DNA from: Candidatus Methylomirabilia bacterium
GTDB taxonomy: Bacteria > Methylomirabilota > Methylomirabilia > Rokubacteriales > CSP1-6
DNA: 64,000 bases
Reading direction: 5' to 3'
NCBI GenBank assembly: GCA_041493605.1
Contig: JBGPZD010000001.1
Coordinates: 5,936-69,935, forward strand
Part shown: positions 25,351 through 34,385 of the stretch, in pieces
Layout of the letters: every line of letters starts with the position of its first letter
Numbering within the stretch: the stretch's first letter is position 1
Notes under the pieces: model-generated
Seen by the model: only the letters and a program-made list of their open reading frames with translations
What the model was told of the DNA's origin: nothing
The model's database searches: none
Program-made: the position numbers and the translations under genes

Positions 25351-26100
25351 ATGCCCACCAGCGTCGACCTGTCCATCGTCGTGCCCGTGTTCAACGAGGA
25401 GGAGAACCTTCCGCTGCTCTGGCCGGAGATCCGCGAGGCCCTGGCGCCCACCGGTCTCGCCTATGAAGTCATCTTCGTGGACGACGGGAGCAATGACCGC
25501 AGCGCCGAGATCGTGCGCGGGTTCAGAGAAGCCGATCCACGCGTCCGCCTCGTGCGGCTCAAGGCCAATGCGGGCGAGACCGCGGCCACCGATGCCGGCT
25601 TCAAGGCAGTGCGCGGCCGCTCTGTTGTGGTCATGGACGCCGATCTCCAGAACGATCCGCGCGACATCCCCGGCATGCTCCGGCACCTGGACCAGTGGGA
25701 CGCCGTGACCGGCTGGCGCGTGAATCGCGCGGCCGGCGATTCGTGGGTTCGACGGCTCTCGTCGCGCATCGCCAACCGCGTGCGGAACCGGCTCAGCGAC
25801 GAAACCATTCAGGACAGCGGGTGCACGTTCCGTGCGTTCCGGCGGGAGTGTCTCCGCGACCTGGTGTTGTACAAGGGCTTCCACCGGTTCATCCCGACTC
25901 TGCTCAAGATGCGCGGCTTCCGGGTCCTCGAGACGCCGGTCAACCACCGGCCGCGCCGGTTCGGGCAATCCAAGTACGGCATCGGTAACCGCGCGCTGCG
26001 CGCCTTCGTGGACTTGCTGGTCGTCCGCTGGATGAAGAACCGACTGCTCCGGTATGAGGTCGCGGAGGACCTGGGCGGCGACGCGAGCGTCGGCCGATGA
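25351..26100 (+). CDS. GT2-family glycosyltransferase (dolichyl/polyprenyl-phosphate sugar transferase-like)
   Basis: LSIVVPVFNEEENL ... VIFVDDGSNDRS ... VVVMDADLQNDP. DXD-type GT-A motifs. Confidence 0.8.
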   Translation: MPTSVDLSIVVPVFNEEENLPLLWPEIREALAPTGLAYEVIFVDDGSNDRSAEIVRGFREADPRVRLVRLKANAGETAATDAGFKAVRGRSVVVMDADLQNDPRDIPGMLRHLDQWDAVTGWRVNRAAGDSWVRRLSSRIANRVRNRLSDETIQDSGCTFRAFRRECLRDLVLYKGFHRFIPTLLKMRGFRVLETPVNHRPRRFGQSKYGIGNRALRAFVDLLVVRWMKNRLLRYEVAEDLGGDASVGR

Positions 26101-27071
26101 AGGTTCTGCTTATCGGGCTGGGCCGGTGGGGGGAAAAACACCTTCGCGTGTTGGGCGAGCTGGGGGTGGAGCTGTGGGTGTCGGACGTCTCCGAAGAGCG
26201 CCGCGCCTTCGCCGTGAAGGCCGGCGTGGCCGCGGAGCGGGCGGTGGCAGATTTTCGCGTCGCGCTGCCGCAGGTCGACGCCGTGGACCTGGTGACGCCG
26301 GCGGACAATCATCTGGCGCTGGCCAGCGAGTGCCTCACCTCGGGCAAAGACTGCTTCATCGAAAAACCGGTCACCCTGACCGTGGCCGAAGGGCGGGCGC
26401 TGGCGGACGTGGTCCGGCGCACGGGCCGCATCCTGCAGGTCGGCCACATCTTCCGCTTCCACCCGGTGACGACGGCGCTGCGTGAGCGGGTCCAGAACGG
26501 GTCCGTCGGGCGCGTGCGGTACTGCACCGGCCGCTTCACGGGCTTCAAGCGGCCGCGCACCGACGTGGGCGTGACCCAGACCGACGGCATCCACTACTTC
26601 GACCTGTTCGCCTACGTGCTGGGGCAGGCGCCAACCGCCGTGACGGCCACCCTGCGGGACTACCTGGGGCGGGGGATGGACGACTTCTCGTTCACCACGG
26701 TCGAGTACGGCACGGTGCCGGCCTTCATCGAGACGGGCTACTTCGCGCCGGGCACGTATCGCGACTGCGTGATCGTCGGCGATAAAGCGACCTTGGTCGG
26801 CGATTTCGGCACGGCCGAGGTGCGCCTGCACGCCAACGCCCACGTAGCCGGCGCGGGCGGCTGGCAGGCGCCCGAGGGCGCGGTGGAGACAATCAAGGCC
26901 AGCGGCCCCGAGCCGCTGCGCCGCGAGCTCGAGCTCTTCCTCGACGCGGTGGCGCGCAGGGGGAAGCCCGCGGTCGATGTCGACGCGGGGATCCTGGCCC
27001 TGCGCGTGGTCGAGGCGGCCCAGCGCGCCTCGGCGCTGGGCAGGCGGGTCACCCTCGCTGAGCTTTCGTAG
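26097..27071 (+). CDS. Gfo/Idh/MocA-family NAD(P)-dependent oxidoreductase
   Basis: MKVLLIGLGRWGEKHLRVL Rossmann N-terminus. Conserved CFIEKP motif. ATGA overlap with the GT2 gene. Confidence 0.8.
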   Translation: MKVLLIGLGRWGEKHLRVLGELGVELWVSDVSEERRAFAVKAGVAAERAVADFRVALPQVDAVDLVTPADNHLALASECLTSGKDCFIEKPVTLTVAEGRALADVVRRTGRILQVGHIFRFHPVTTALRERVQNGSVGRVRYCTGRFTGFKRPRTDVGVTQTDGIHYFDLFAYVLGQAPTAVTATLRDYLGRGMDDFSFTTVEYGTVPAFIETGYFAPGTYRDCVIVGDKATLVGDFGTAEVRLHANAHVAGAGGWQAPEGAVETIKASGPEPLRRELELFLDAVARRGKPAVDVDAGILALRVVEAAQRASALGRRVTLAELS

Positions 27072-27079
27072 GTGCGTGG

Positions 27080-27166
27080 TGGTGCCGAAGGGGGGATTTG
27101 AACCCCCACACCCTTGCGGGCACATGACCCTGAATCATGCGCGTCTGCCAATTCCGCCACTTCGGC
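27080..27166 (-). tRNA. tRNA-Leu (anticodon CAG)
   Basis: The reverse complement reads GCCGAAGTGGCGGAATTGGCAGACGCGCATGATTCAGGGTCATGTGCCCGCAAGGGTGTGGGGGTTCAAATCCCCCCTTCGGCACCA. Class II long variable arm. Anticodon loop TTCAGGG. Confidence 0.9.
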
Positions 27167-27233
27167 CCGGGCCGAGTTCCCATCATACTGAGCACGCTCT
27201 TGAAGTCAAGGGGCCCGACGGCTCCTGAGCTCG

Positions 27234-27695
27234 ATGCCGCCTGAGAAGGTCATCGCGACCAACCGGAAGGCGTTCCACAACTTCGCCATCCTCGAGACCT
27301 TCGAGGCCGGGCTGGTGCTCAAGGGCACCGAGGTCAAGTCGCTGCGGGAGGCGCAGGTCAACTTCAAGGACTCCTACGCCACCATCGACAACGACGAGGC
27401 CTGGCTGGTCGGCTGCCACATCTCGCCATACCACCACGGCAGCGACGCCAACCACGACCCGGACCGCAAGCGCAAACTGCTGCTGCACCGCCGCGAGATC
27501 GCGCGGCTGCTCGGCAAGGTGGCCGAGCGCGGCTTGACCCTGGTGCCGCTTCGTCTATACTTTAAGGACGGGCGGGCGAAGGTGGAGTTGGGGCTGGCCC
27601 GCGGCAAGAAGCTCCACGACAAGCGCGCGGCGATCCGCGAGCGGGACGCCCGGCGCGAAATGGCGAAGGAAGCGCGCGACCGAGCGCGCGCATGA
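27234..27695 (+). CDS. smpB: SsrA-binding protein SmpB
   Basis: N-terminus ATNRKAFHNFAILETFEAGLVLKGTEVKSLR. Basic C-terminal tail. Directly upstream of the tmRNA. Confidence 0.92.
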   Translation: MPPEKVIATNRKAFHNFAILETFEAGLVLKGTEVKSLREAQVNFKDSYATIDNDEAWLVGCHISPYHHGSDANHDPDRKRKLLLHRREIARLLGKVAERGLTLVPLRLYFKDGRAKVELGLARGKKLHDKRAAIRERDARREMAKEARDRARA

Positions 27696-27696
27696 A

Positions 27697-28052
27697 GGGG
27701 GCGACTGGTTTCGACGGGGGTCAGTGACGCGTAGGCGGCATCCCGAGGTGCTCTCTCCTCGTAAAACTGGGGGCACGGTTATAGCTGCCGACAATCAGCT
27801 AGCCCTGGCGGCCTAACACCCGCCAGCGCCCTCCGGATCGGGTCAACGGGGTCCGGGTTCGGGCGTCATATTCCGGTGGCTGGCTCCGAACCCCGCTCTT
27901 GGGTGAGGGGCGAGATCTTCAAGGAGCTGGCTGCCCCGACAACCAGCCGGTTGGAGGGACGGGCGGCGAGAGCAGAAGAGAACCGGCTATGGATGTAGAA
28001 GCCTGCTGCTGAGGATTTCCGGACGTGGGTTCGATGCCCACCGCCTCCACCA
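27697..28052 (+). ncRNA. ssrA: Transfer-messenger RNA (tmRNA, ssrA)
   Basis: 5' end GGGGGCGACTGGTTTCGACGGGGG. 3' end GGACGTGGGTTCGATGCCCACCGCCTCCACCA, a tRNA-Ala-like T-arm with CCA. Internal tag ORF ...GCC GAC AAT CAG CTA GCC CTG GCG GCC TAA, giving (A)ADNQLALAA. Confidence 0.9.
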
Positions 28053-28057
28053 TTCCG

Positions 28058-28096
28058 AGGCCCGCCCGGTTCGCCGGCGCGGGCCTCGCGTTTTTC
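28058..28096 (+). terminator. Rho-independent terminator after tmRNA
   Basis: GC-rich hairpin GGCCCGCCCGG-TTCG-CCGGCGCGGGCC followed by TCGCGTTTTT. Confidence 0.6.
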
Positions 28097-28161
28097 CCTA
28101 AAAGCTTCGTCCCGACTCGCGCCGGTTGCTACAATGGCGGCTACCGCAGACGCGGGCCCCG

Positions 28162-29706
28162 ATGAGACGGACACAGGCGGCGGGACTGCTGATGGTGGCG
28201 GCGCTGGTGGGGTGGCTCCTCACCGCGGCCGACGGGGCGCGCCCGGACGCCTTTGAGCTCAAGGGGCGGTCGGGCAGCCTGGGTCAGGTCGCCCTCGTCG
28301 TCGTGGATGACGGCGCGTCCTACGTGCCGGCCGAGCGGCTGGCCGCGCTGCTCAAGGGCTCCTGGGCGGTGAAGGGAACGCGGGGCACGCTCACCGTCGC
28401 CAAGCGCAGCGCCCAGTTCGTCAAAAACCAGTCCCGCATCGTGATCCAGGGCCAGGCGATGACCCTCGACGCTCCCGCGCGCCTGGGGGTGGCGGGCTGG
28501 CTCATCCCCGAGAGCTTCCTCATCAAGGGGCTGGGCCGCCTGGCGCCGGGCATCACGGCCACCGCCGTCGCTGACGCCAAGCGGCCGCCATCGAAGACCG
28601 TGCACGCCCCGGTGGTCCTCGAGGAGCTGCGCTCCCGCTCCTATCCCTCCTTCACCCGCGTGGTGGTCGAGACCGGGGGGATGCTCGCCTACGCCGTGTT
28701 CTCGGGCCCCCAGGAGATCCGCGTCCGACTTCCCGGTCTCGTGCTCTCAGGCGCACGGACCGAAGCGCTCGGCGACGGCCTCGTCAAGGAGATCCGCCTC
28801 GAGCCGGCCGGCGCCGACGCGGTGCTGCGCGTGCTGCTCGAGGGCGCGGCGGGCGAGGTGAAGGACTCGGTGCTCCAGGATCCGTTCCGGCTGGTGCTCG
28901 ACATCTATCGGCCCCGGGAGCCCGGCGGCGGCGAGCGCGGTCGCGAGGGCATCCAGCCGCTGCGCCTCATCGTGCTCGACGCCGGCCACGGCGGCCACGA
29001 TCCGGGCGCCACCGGGCCCAGCGGCGTCATGGAGAAAGACGTCGTCCTGGACGTGACCAAGCGAGTCGCACGGCTGGCTGAGGACGGCCTGGGCGTCAAG
29101 ATCGCGCTTTCGCGGACCACGGATGTCTTCGTGCCGCTCCGTGACCGGACCAATTTCGCCAACAAGCTGCGCGCCGACCTCTTCGTGTCGATCCACGCCA
29201 ACGCCCACCCCCGCGCCTACTCCGAAGGCGTGGAAACCTACTTCCTCTCCTCGGAGGCCTCCGACAGCGAGGCGCGCCAGGTGGCCGCCATCGAGAACGA
29301 CGTGGTGCAGCTCGAGACGCCGGCCGCGCGCCAGAAGGGCGATGTGCTCAAGAGCATTCTCTGGGACCTGGCGCAGTCGGAGTTCCAGGCGGAATCGAGC
29401 TTCATGGCGGAGACGGTCCAGGACTCGATGACCCAATCGCTCCGCCTGGTCAACCGCGGCGTCAAGCAGGCGGGCTTCTACGTCCTGGGCGGCGCGGCGA
29501 TGCCGGCCATCCTGATCGAGGTGGGCTTCCTCACCAACCGCAAGGAGGAGCGAAAGCTGGCGACACCTGAGTATCGCGAGGCCGTGGCGCGCGCGATCTA
29601 CGCCGGGCTCGCCGAGTACAAGCGCCGCTACGACCAGCGGCTGCGCACGGCCCAGACGGTTCCGGCCCGGGCCGAGCCGGCTCCCCGGACCGACGCCGCC
29701 CGATGA
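28162..29706 (+). CDS. N-acetylmuramoyl-L-alanine amidase (AmiC-like, amidase_3 family)
   Basis: C-terminal catalytic domain [15 protein letters not shown] ... [10 protein letters not shown] ... [25 protein letters not shown]-terminal signal and AMIN-like region. Confidence 0.85.
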   Translation: MRRTQAAGLLMVAALVGWLLTAADGARPDAFELKGRSGSLGQVALVVVDDGASYVPAERLAALLKGSWAVKGTRGTLTVAKRSAQFVKNQSRIVIQGQAMTLDAPARLGVAGWLIPESFLIKGLGRLAPGITATAVADAKRPPSKTVHAPVVLEELRSRSYPSFTRVVVETGGMLAYAVFSGPQEIRVRLPGLVLSGARTEALGDGLVKEIRLEPAGADAVLRVLLEGAAGEVKDSVLQDPFRLVLDIYRPREPGGGERGREGIQPLRLIVLDAGHGGHDPGATGPSGVMEKDVVLDVTKRVARLAEDGLGVKIALSRTTDVFVPLRDRTNFANKLRADLFVSIHANAHPRAYSEGVETYFLSSEASDSEARQVAAIENDVVQLETPAARQKGDVLKSILWDLAQSEFQAESSFMAETVQDSMTQSLRLVNRGVKQAGFYVLGGAAMPAILIEVGFLTNRKEERKLATPEYREAVARAIYAGLAEYKRRYDQRLRTAQTVPARAEPAPRTDAAR

Positions 29707-30452
29707 CCGCCCTGATCCCGCGGCATGACGGCCGGCTGCCCGACCAGCTTCGGCGGGTCACCATGACCCGCGACTATCTGCGCCATCCCGAGGGTTCGGT
29801 GCTCGTCGAGTTCGGCGACACCAAGGTGATCTGCACCGCGTCGCTCGAGGACAAGGTGCCGCCGTTCCTCAAGGGGCAGGGCAAGGGCTGGGTGACCGCG
29901 GAGTACGGCATGCTGCCGCGCGCGACCAATACCCGCATGGGCCGCGAGCGCAGCGGCCCCAGCGGCCGCTCCCAGGAGATCCAGCGGCTCGTCGGGCGCT
30001 CGCTGCGCATTGTCGTGGAGATGGCCAAGCTGGGCGAGCGGACGGTCTGGGTGGACTGCGACGTGATCCAGGCCGACGGCGGCACGCGGACAGCGGCCAT
30101 CACCGGCGCCTTCGTGGCCGTGGCGGACGCGCTGGCCCCGCTCGTCAAGTCCGGCGCGCTGCCGGGCTCCCCGATCCGGGACTGCGTGGCCGCCATCAGC
30201 GTGGGCATGGTGGGCGACCGACCGGTGCTCGATCTCGATTACGTCGAGGACTCGACCGCTGAAGTGGACATGAATGTCGTGATGACGGGAGCGGGCGCGT
30301 TCGTGGAAGTCCAGGGCACGGCCGAGCAGACGCCCTTCGCCAAGGCGCGGCTGGACGAGCTGCTGGATCTGGCCGGCGCCGGCATCGGCCGACTCGTCGG
30401 GCTGCAGCGCCGCGCCCTCGAGGCGCGTGGCGAGAAAACCTTCGTCCTCTGA
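29703..30452 (+). CDS. rph: Ribonuclease PH
   Basis: [43 protein letters not shown] ... [14 protein letters not shown]. Confidence 0.92.
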   Translation: MTALIPRHDGRLPDQLRRVTMTRDYLRHPEGSVLVEFGDTKVICTASLEDKVPPFLKGQGKGWVTAEYGMLPRATNTRMGRERSGPSGRSQEIQRLVGRSLRIVVEMAKLGERTVWVDCDVIQADGGTRTAAITGAFVAVADALAPLVKSGALPGSPIRDCVAAISVGMVGDRPVLDLDYVEDSTAEVDMNVVMTGAGAFVEVQGTAEQTPFAKARLDELLDLAGAGIGRLVGLQRRALEARGEKTFVL

Positions 30453-31062
30453 GCGTGTGCTGGTCCTGGCGACGGCCAATCGCGCCAAGGGCCGCGAGAT
30501 GGCACAACTGCTCCGCGGCATCCCCCTCCGCATCGTCACGCTGGCCGACTGTCCAGGCGTGACGCTGCCCGCCGAGGGCGAGGTCTCGTACGCCGACAAT
30601 GCGCTGGGAAAGGCGCGCGCCGTCGCCAGGGCCACGGGGCACCTGGCGCTGGCCGACGATTCGGGCATCGAGGTGGACGCGCTCGGCGGCGGGCCCGGCG
30701 TGCGATCCGCCCGCTTCGGCGGCGAAGGGCTCAGTGATCCCGAGCGCAACGCCCTCATGCTCCGGGAGCTCGAGGGCGTGCCCCCGGCGCGACGCACGGC
30801 GCGCTACCGCTGCGTAATCGCGCTCTGCTCGCCTGAGGGCCGCGAGGCGCTGGCCGAGGGCGTGGTCGAGGGTGTGCTGCTCGAGGCGCCGAGCTCGGGC
30901 CCCGGCGGTTTCGGCTACGATCCGCTCTTCTATTACCCCCCGCTGCGCGCGACGTTTGCCGACATCTCGGCCGAGGCCAAGCATGCGGTGAGCCACCGGG
31001 GCCGGGCCATGGCGCGGGTGCGTGAGATCCTCCAGGCCTGGGCCCCCGGCGCGCAATCTTGA
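30427..31062 (+). CDS. rdgB: dITP/XTP pyrophosphatase (RdgB/HAM1 family)
   Basis: [15 protein letters not shown] ... [22 protein letters not shown]. The true start is probably GTG 30457, just after the rph stop. Confidence 0.88.
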   Translation: MARKPSSSERVLVLATANRAKGREMAQLLRGIPLRIVTLADCPGVTLPAEGEVSYADNALGKARAVARATGHLALADDSGIEVDALGGGPGVRSARFGGEGLSDPERNALMLRELEGVPPARRTARYRCVIALCSPEGREALAEGVVEGVLLEAPSSGPGGFGYDPLFYYPPLRATFADISAEAKHAVSHRGRAMARVREILQAWAPGAQS

Positions 31063-31102
31063 ACCCGCCGCGGGCCGGGGCGTATACTTTCCAGCACTTG
31101 TT

Positions 31103-31179
31103 CGGGGTGTGGCGCAGCCTGGTAGCGCGCCTGCTTTGGGAGCAGGAAGTCGGAGGTTCAAATCCTCTCACCCCGACCA
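31103..31179 (+). tRNA. tRNA-Pro (anticodon TGG)
   Basis: CGGGGTGTGGCGCAGCCTGGTAGCGCGCCTGCTTTGGGAGCAGGAAGTCGGAGGTTCAAATCCTCTCACCCCGACCA. Anticodon loop TTTGGGA. Confidence 0.9.
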
Positions 31180-31216
31180 CTTTTACAATTTCACGTGGGC
31201 TCGTGAGGAGGAGCGC

Positions 31217-31519
31217 ATGAGGCAGGGACTGGCCATCGCGTTGACCGTGGCGGTCGTGCTGGCCGTGGCACCTGGCGGGGCGCTCGCCTGGAACTGCCCC
31301 GTGCAGATCAAGGCCGCCGAGGAGGCGATCAAGAAGGCCGAGGCGATGAAGCTCGGGCCCGAGGCCAAGGGGCTGGTGGAGGACGCCAAGAAGCTCCTGG
31401 CCGAGTCCAGGAAGCACCACACCGACGCCAAGGCCAAGATCGATCACGCCAACGCGATGTGGAAGGCCAAGGCCGCGCTGGCCGAGGCCGAGGCGGCCGC
31501 CGCGATCTCGACGCCCTAG
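31217..31519 (+). CDS. Small secreted alpha-helical protein of unknown function
   Basis: GAGGAGGAG RBS. Signal peptide MRQGLAIALTVAVVLAVAPGGALA. Lys/Ala/Glu-rich helical body. Sits between tRNA-Pro and tRNA-Arg. Confidence 0.5.
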   Translation: MRQGLAIALTVAVVLAVAPGGALAWNCPVQIKAAEEAIKKAEAMKLGPEAKGLVEDAKKLLAESRKHHTDAKAKIDHANAMWKAKAALAEAEAAAAISTP

Positions 31520-31591
31520 CGCAACCCGCGCCGCGCCGGTTCCACGGCTCCGCGGCTCCAGCCCACCGCGTGGTGTATCGTAGGGCCTTGG

Positions 31592-31668
31592 GCGCCTGTA
31601 GCTCAGTTGGATAGAGCATCGGCCTTCTAAGCCGAGGGTCGCAGGTTCGACTCCTGCCAGGCGCACCA
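31592..31668 (+). tRNA. tRNA-Arg (anticodon TCT)
   Basis: GCGCCTGTAGCTCAGTTGGATAGAGCATCGGCCTTCTAAGCCGAGGGTCGCAGGTTCGACTCCTGCCAGGCGCACCA. Anticodon loop CTTCTAA. Confidence 0.9.
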
Positions 31669-32205
31669 TTTGATCTCGCACACTTCCGCGACAATTTGCT
31701 CTCACGCCTCACGAGGGTCCTCCGGCTGACCCCGCGAAGAAGGGCGCCGACGGCCGAGGTTCACCCGATCGGCGAACATGCGCCGAGAATCCCTCCAACC
31801 GGGCGCGGGGCGCTACGATCGTCGTTGCGATGACGCGGGCTGCGGTCGCACCCACAGCCCGCGGTGGCCCGCTACTTGGGATTGTCCATCCCACTACGCC
31901 GGGCCTTTCTGAGCTCGGCTTCCCGGCGCCGGCGCGTGAGACGGCGGAGTCGCCGCACGGCGCGTCGGGTCTTCGAGTGCGTAGCCACGATCCTCACCTC
32001 CTCGATCACGACGGATTCACGTGCTGCCACAGTAGCACTGACGTACGCGGCGCGTTCAACATTGGCATTCCCCGCCCATTGACGACACAAGTAATACAGA
32101 CGGGCCAAGCCGGGGAAGGTCGCGGTGCGCATGCCGAAGTCCGCTGAGCCGCCCTGCCCCTAGTGCTTCACGGAATCACGTGGCCCGCGCCCCTCAGAAG
32201 CGCAT

Positions 32206-32451
32206 TTAACGGAATCCCATGTAGCGGACCCAGCCCAGCGCCTGCCAGGCGATCCCCAGCAGAAAGATCACGAAGCCGGCGACGCTGAGCGCCCACAGGG
32301 CGGAAGGCGGGCGCTCGCCGGCGAAGGGCTCGGGCCGGCGGGAGAACCAGACGGCCGCCGCGAGCAGCAGCCCGGCTCCCAGGATGGTGACCAGCAGCCC
32401 GGCGCTGATACTCATGAAGAACCGGTCGTAGTAGGTCGCCGAGTGGCTCAT
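32206..32451 (-). CDS. Small two-TM membrane protein of unknown function
   Basis: 81 aa with two hydrophobic helices (ISAGLLVTILGAGLLLAAAVW; LWALSVAGFVIFLLGIAW). Last gene of the putative moeB-like operon. Confidence 0.45.
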   Translation of the reverse strand: MSHSATYYDRFFMSISAGLLVTILGAGLLLAAAVWFSRRPEPFAGERPPSALWALSVAGFVIFLLGIAWQALGWVRYMGFR

Positions 32452-32472
32452 GGGAATCCTCCGATGGTGATC

Positions 32473-32970
32473 CTACTCTTCTAGCTTTTCCCCCGCCACG
32501 CTCAGCGCCCGAAGAAGGTCAAGGGTGAGCAGCCCGAGGGCGGCGAGGATGGTGAGCATCCCGACGCCAAGGGTCAGCCCGGCGAGGGTTCCCGTCCAGT
32601 TGAGCAGCCCCAGCGCGGAGAGCAGATAGTTCCAGTCGTGCATGACGCCGTCGCCGCCCAGCAGCGGCAGGGCCCGGATGCGGGCGTCGGCCATGTAGAT
32701 GGCCACGTCCGTGATGCTCTCGCCGGTCCAGAACAGCGCCGCGGCGAAGGAGGCCGTCTGCCGGTGGACCAGGAAATAGCCGGCGCAGACGGCCGGCACG
32801 ATCACCTGCAGCGCCGAGCCGCCCAGGATGTGCAGGAACTGGCCGAAGAAGAGAAACAGGGTGTGCCCGGCCTCGTGGAAGATCAGGTTGACGCCGTGGA
32901 GGAAGCGGAGCGAGGCCGAGGCGCGAAGAAAGTCGAGGCCTCGGGCGAAGACCTGCCAGCCGAGGATCAC
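32473..32970 (-). CDS. Small polytopic membrane protein with an HExxH motif (FHEAGH)
   Basis: The only plausible start is GTG at 32968..32970 (VILGWQVFARGLDFL...). Contains HEAGH and ~4 TM helices. The long track ORF 32473..33927 is an artefactual in-frame extension over the upstream E1-like gene. Confidence 0.4.
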   Translation of the reverse strand: MILGWQVFARGLDFLRASASLRFLHGVNLIFHEAGHTLFLFFGQFLHILGGSALQVIVPAVCAGYFLVHRQTASFAAALFWTGESITDVAIYMADARIRALPLLGGDGVMHDWNYLLSALGLLNWTGTLAGLTLGVGMLTILAALGLLTLDLLRALSVAGEKLEE

Positions 32971-33029
32971 CAGGGCCAGGAGGCCCAGGGCCCGGCCCGC
33001 GACCGGGATGAGTCGGGCGGGGTTCGCGC

Positions 33030-34253
33030 CTAGCCTCCGGTCTTCGAAGTGGGCGTCCCGGTCGGGGCCGGGTTGCCGTTGCCGTCGATGGCGCAGGCCG
33101 CGGCGCTCCCCTCCTTGTGGATGGAGAGGTCGGTGATGCTCGGGTTCTCGCCGCAGAGCGGGCACTTCGGATCGCGGCGCAGCTTGACCTCGCGGAAGCG
33201 CATGCCCAAGGCATCGTAGGTCAGGAGCCGCCCGATCAGCGGCTCGCCGATGCCCAACAGCACCTTGATGGCTTCCGTCGCCTGCACCACCCCGATCACT
33301 CCTGGGAGCACGCCCAGGACGCCGGCCTCGCTTCAGCTGGGGACCAGGCCCGGCGGCGGGGGGATGGGGTAGAGGCAGCGGTAGCACGGCCCCGCGTCGG
33401 GGGCGAAGACCGTGGCCATGCCCTCGAACTGGAAGATGGAGCCGTGGACATTGGTCTTGCCCGCCAGGTAGCAGGCGTCGTTCATCAGGTAGCGGGTGTC
33501 GAAATTGTCCGACCCGTCCACCACGAGGTCGTAGTCCTTGATGATGTCCATCACGTTGTCCACGTCGATGCGCATGGGCAGCCGGACGACGTTCACGTCC
33601 GGGTTGAGGGCCCGGATCATCTCGGCGCCGGACTCGACCTTGGACCGTCCCACGTTGGCCGTAGTGTGGAGGATCTGGCGCTGGAGGTTGGAGACGTCCA
33701 CGATGTCGCCGTCCATCAGCCCGATCGTGCCGACGCCGGTGGCCGCGAGGTACACCGCGGTCGGCGAGCCCAGGCCGCCCGCCCCGATGAGGAGCACCTT
33801 CGAACGCAGGAGCTTGCGTTGTCCCTTCTCGCCCACTTGGTTCAGCAGGAAGTGCCGGCTGTAACGCTGGATCTGCTCGGTGGTGAGCGGGCGGTCCTTG
33901 ACGACCGGCAGGCCCGACTGGGCCCACTTCTGGAATCCACCCTGGAGGTTGACGACATTGGTGTAGCCGAGATCGCGGAGCGCCTTGGCCGCCAGCACGG
34001 AGCGCAGCCCGGTCTGGCAGTAGAGCACGATGGGCGTCGCCGGGTCCGTCACGGCCGCGCCGATGCGGAACTCGAGGAAGCCGCGGCTGATATTGGTCGC
34101 CGGCTCGATGAAGCCGTCGCGGTATTCGTCGGGATCGCGCACGTCTACGACCACGACCGGCTCGCCGGCCTCCAGGCGCTTTCTGAGTTCGGCCGGCCCC
34201 TGCTCGGGCACGACTTGCCGGGCCTCAGTCAGCATTTCCTTGAGCGTCTTCAT
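33030..34253 (-). CDS. Rhodanese-ThiF/MoeB (E1-like) sulfur-carrier adenylyltransferase with an in-frame TGA at 33333..33335. Candidate selenoprotein, otherwise a pseudogene.
   Basis: N-terminal rhodanese (LYCQTGLRS). ThiF/MoeB fold (LLIGAGGLGSP; CYRCLYP...PPPPGLVPS-[TGA]-SEAGVLGVLPGVIG...CPLCGE). The two track ORFs 33333..34253 and 33030..33311 are in the same frame, separated only by this TGA. The TGA replaces the conserved Cys of the xCAEAGV motif. Confidence 0.7.
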
Positions 34254-34385
34254 CCTCGAGCTCCTTGATCGGAAATGGCCTGTCAGATCAGGTAGTTCAT
34301 AATACTACCATTCCCGGTCGGATCAAGGGTGAATTCTCTCGACCCTGTTGGCGACACCGTTAAGACTGCTATAATTGGCTGAGAA

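Noticed and set aside
31872-32132. 86-aa minus-strand ORF (MRTATFPGLARLYYLCRQ...RRLRRLTRRRRE...) downstream of tRNA-Arg, considered as an integrase or antitoxin remnant
   Set aside because: No recognisable domain, overlapping alternative ORFs and an Arg-rich low-complexity tail. Kept only as part of the unexplained region finding.
32473-33927. 484-aa minus-strand ORF
   Set aside because: The upstream 320 aa are an out-of-frame read across the E1-like gene. Only the last ~165 aa, the HExxH membrane protein, are plausible.
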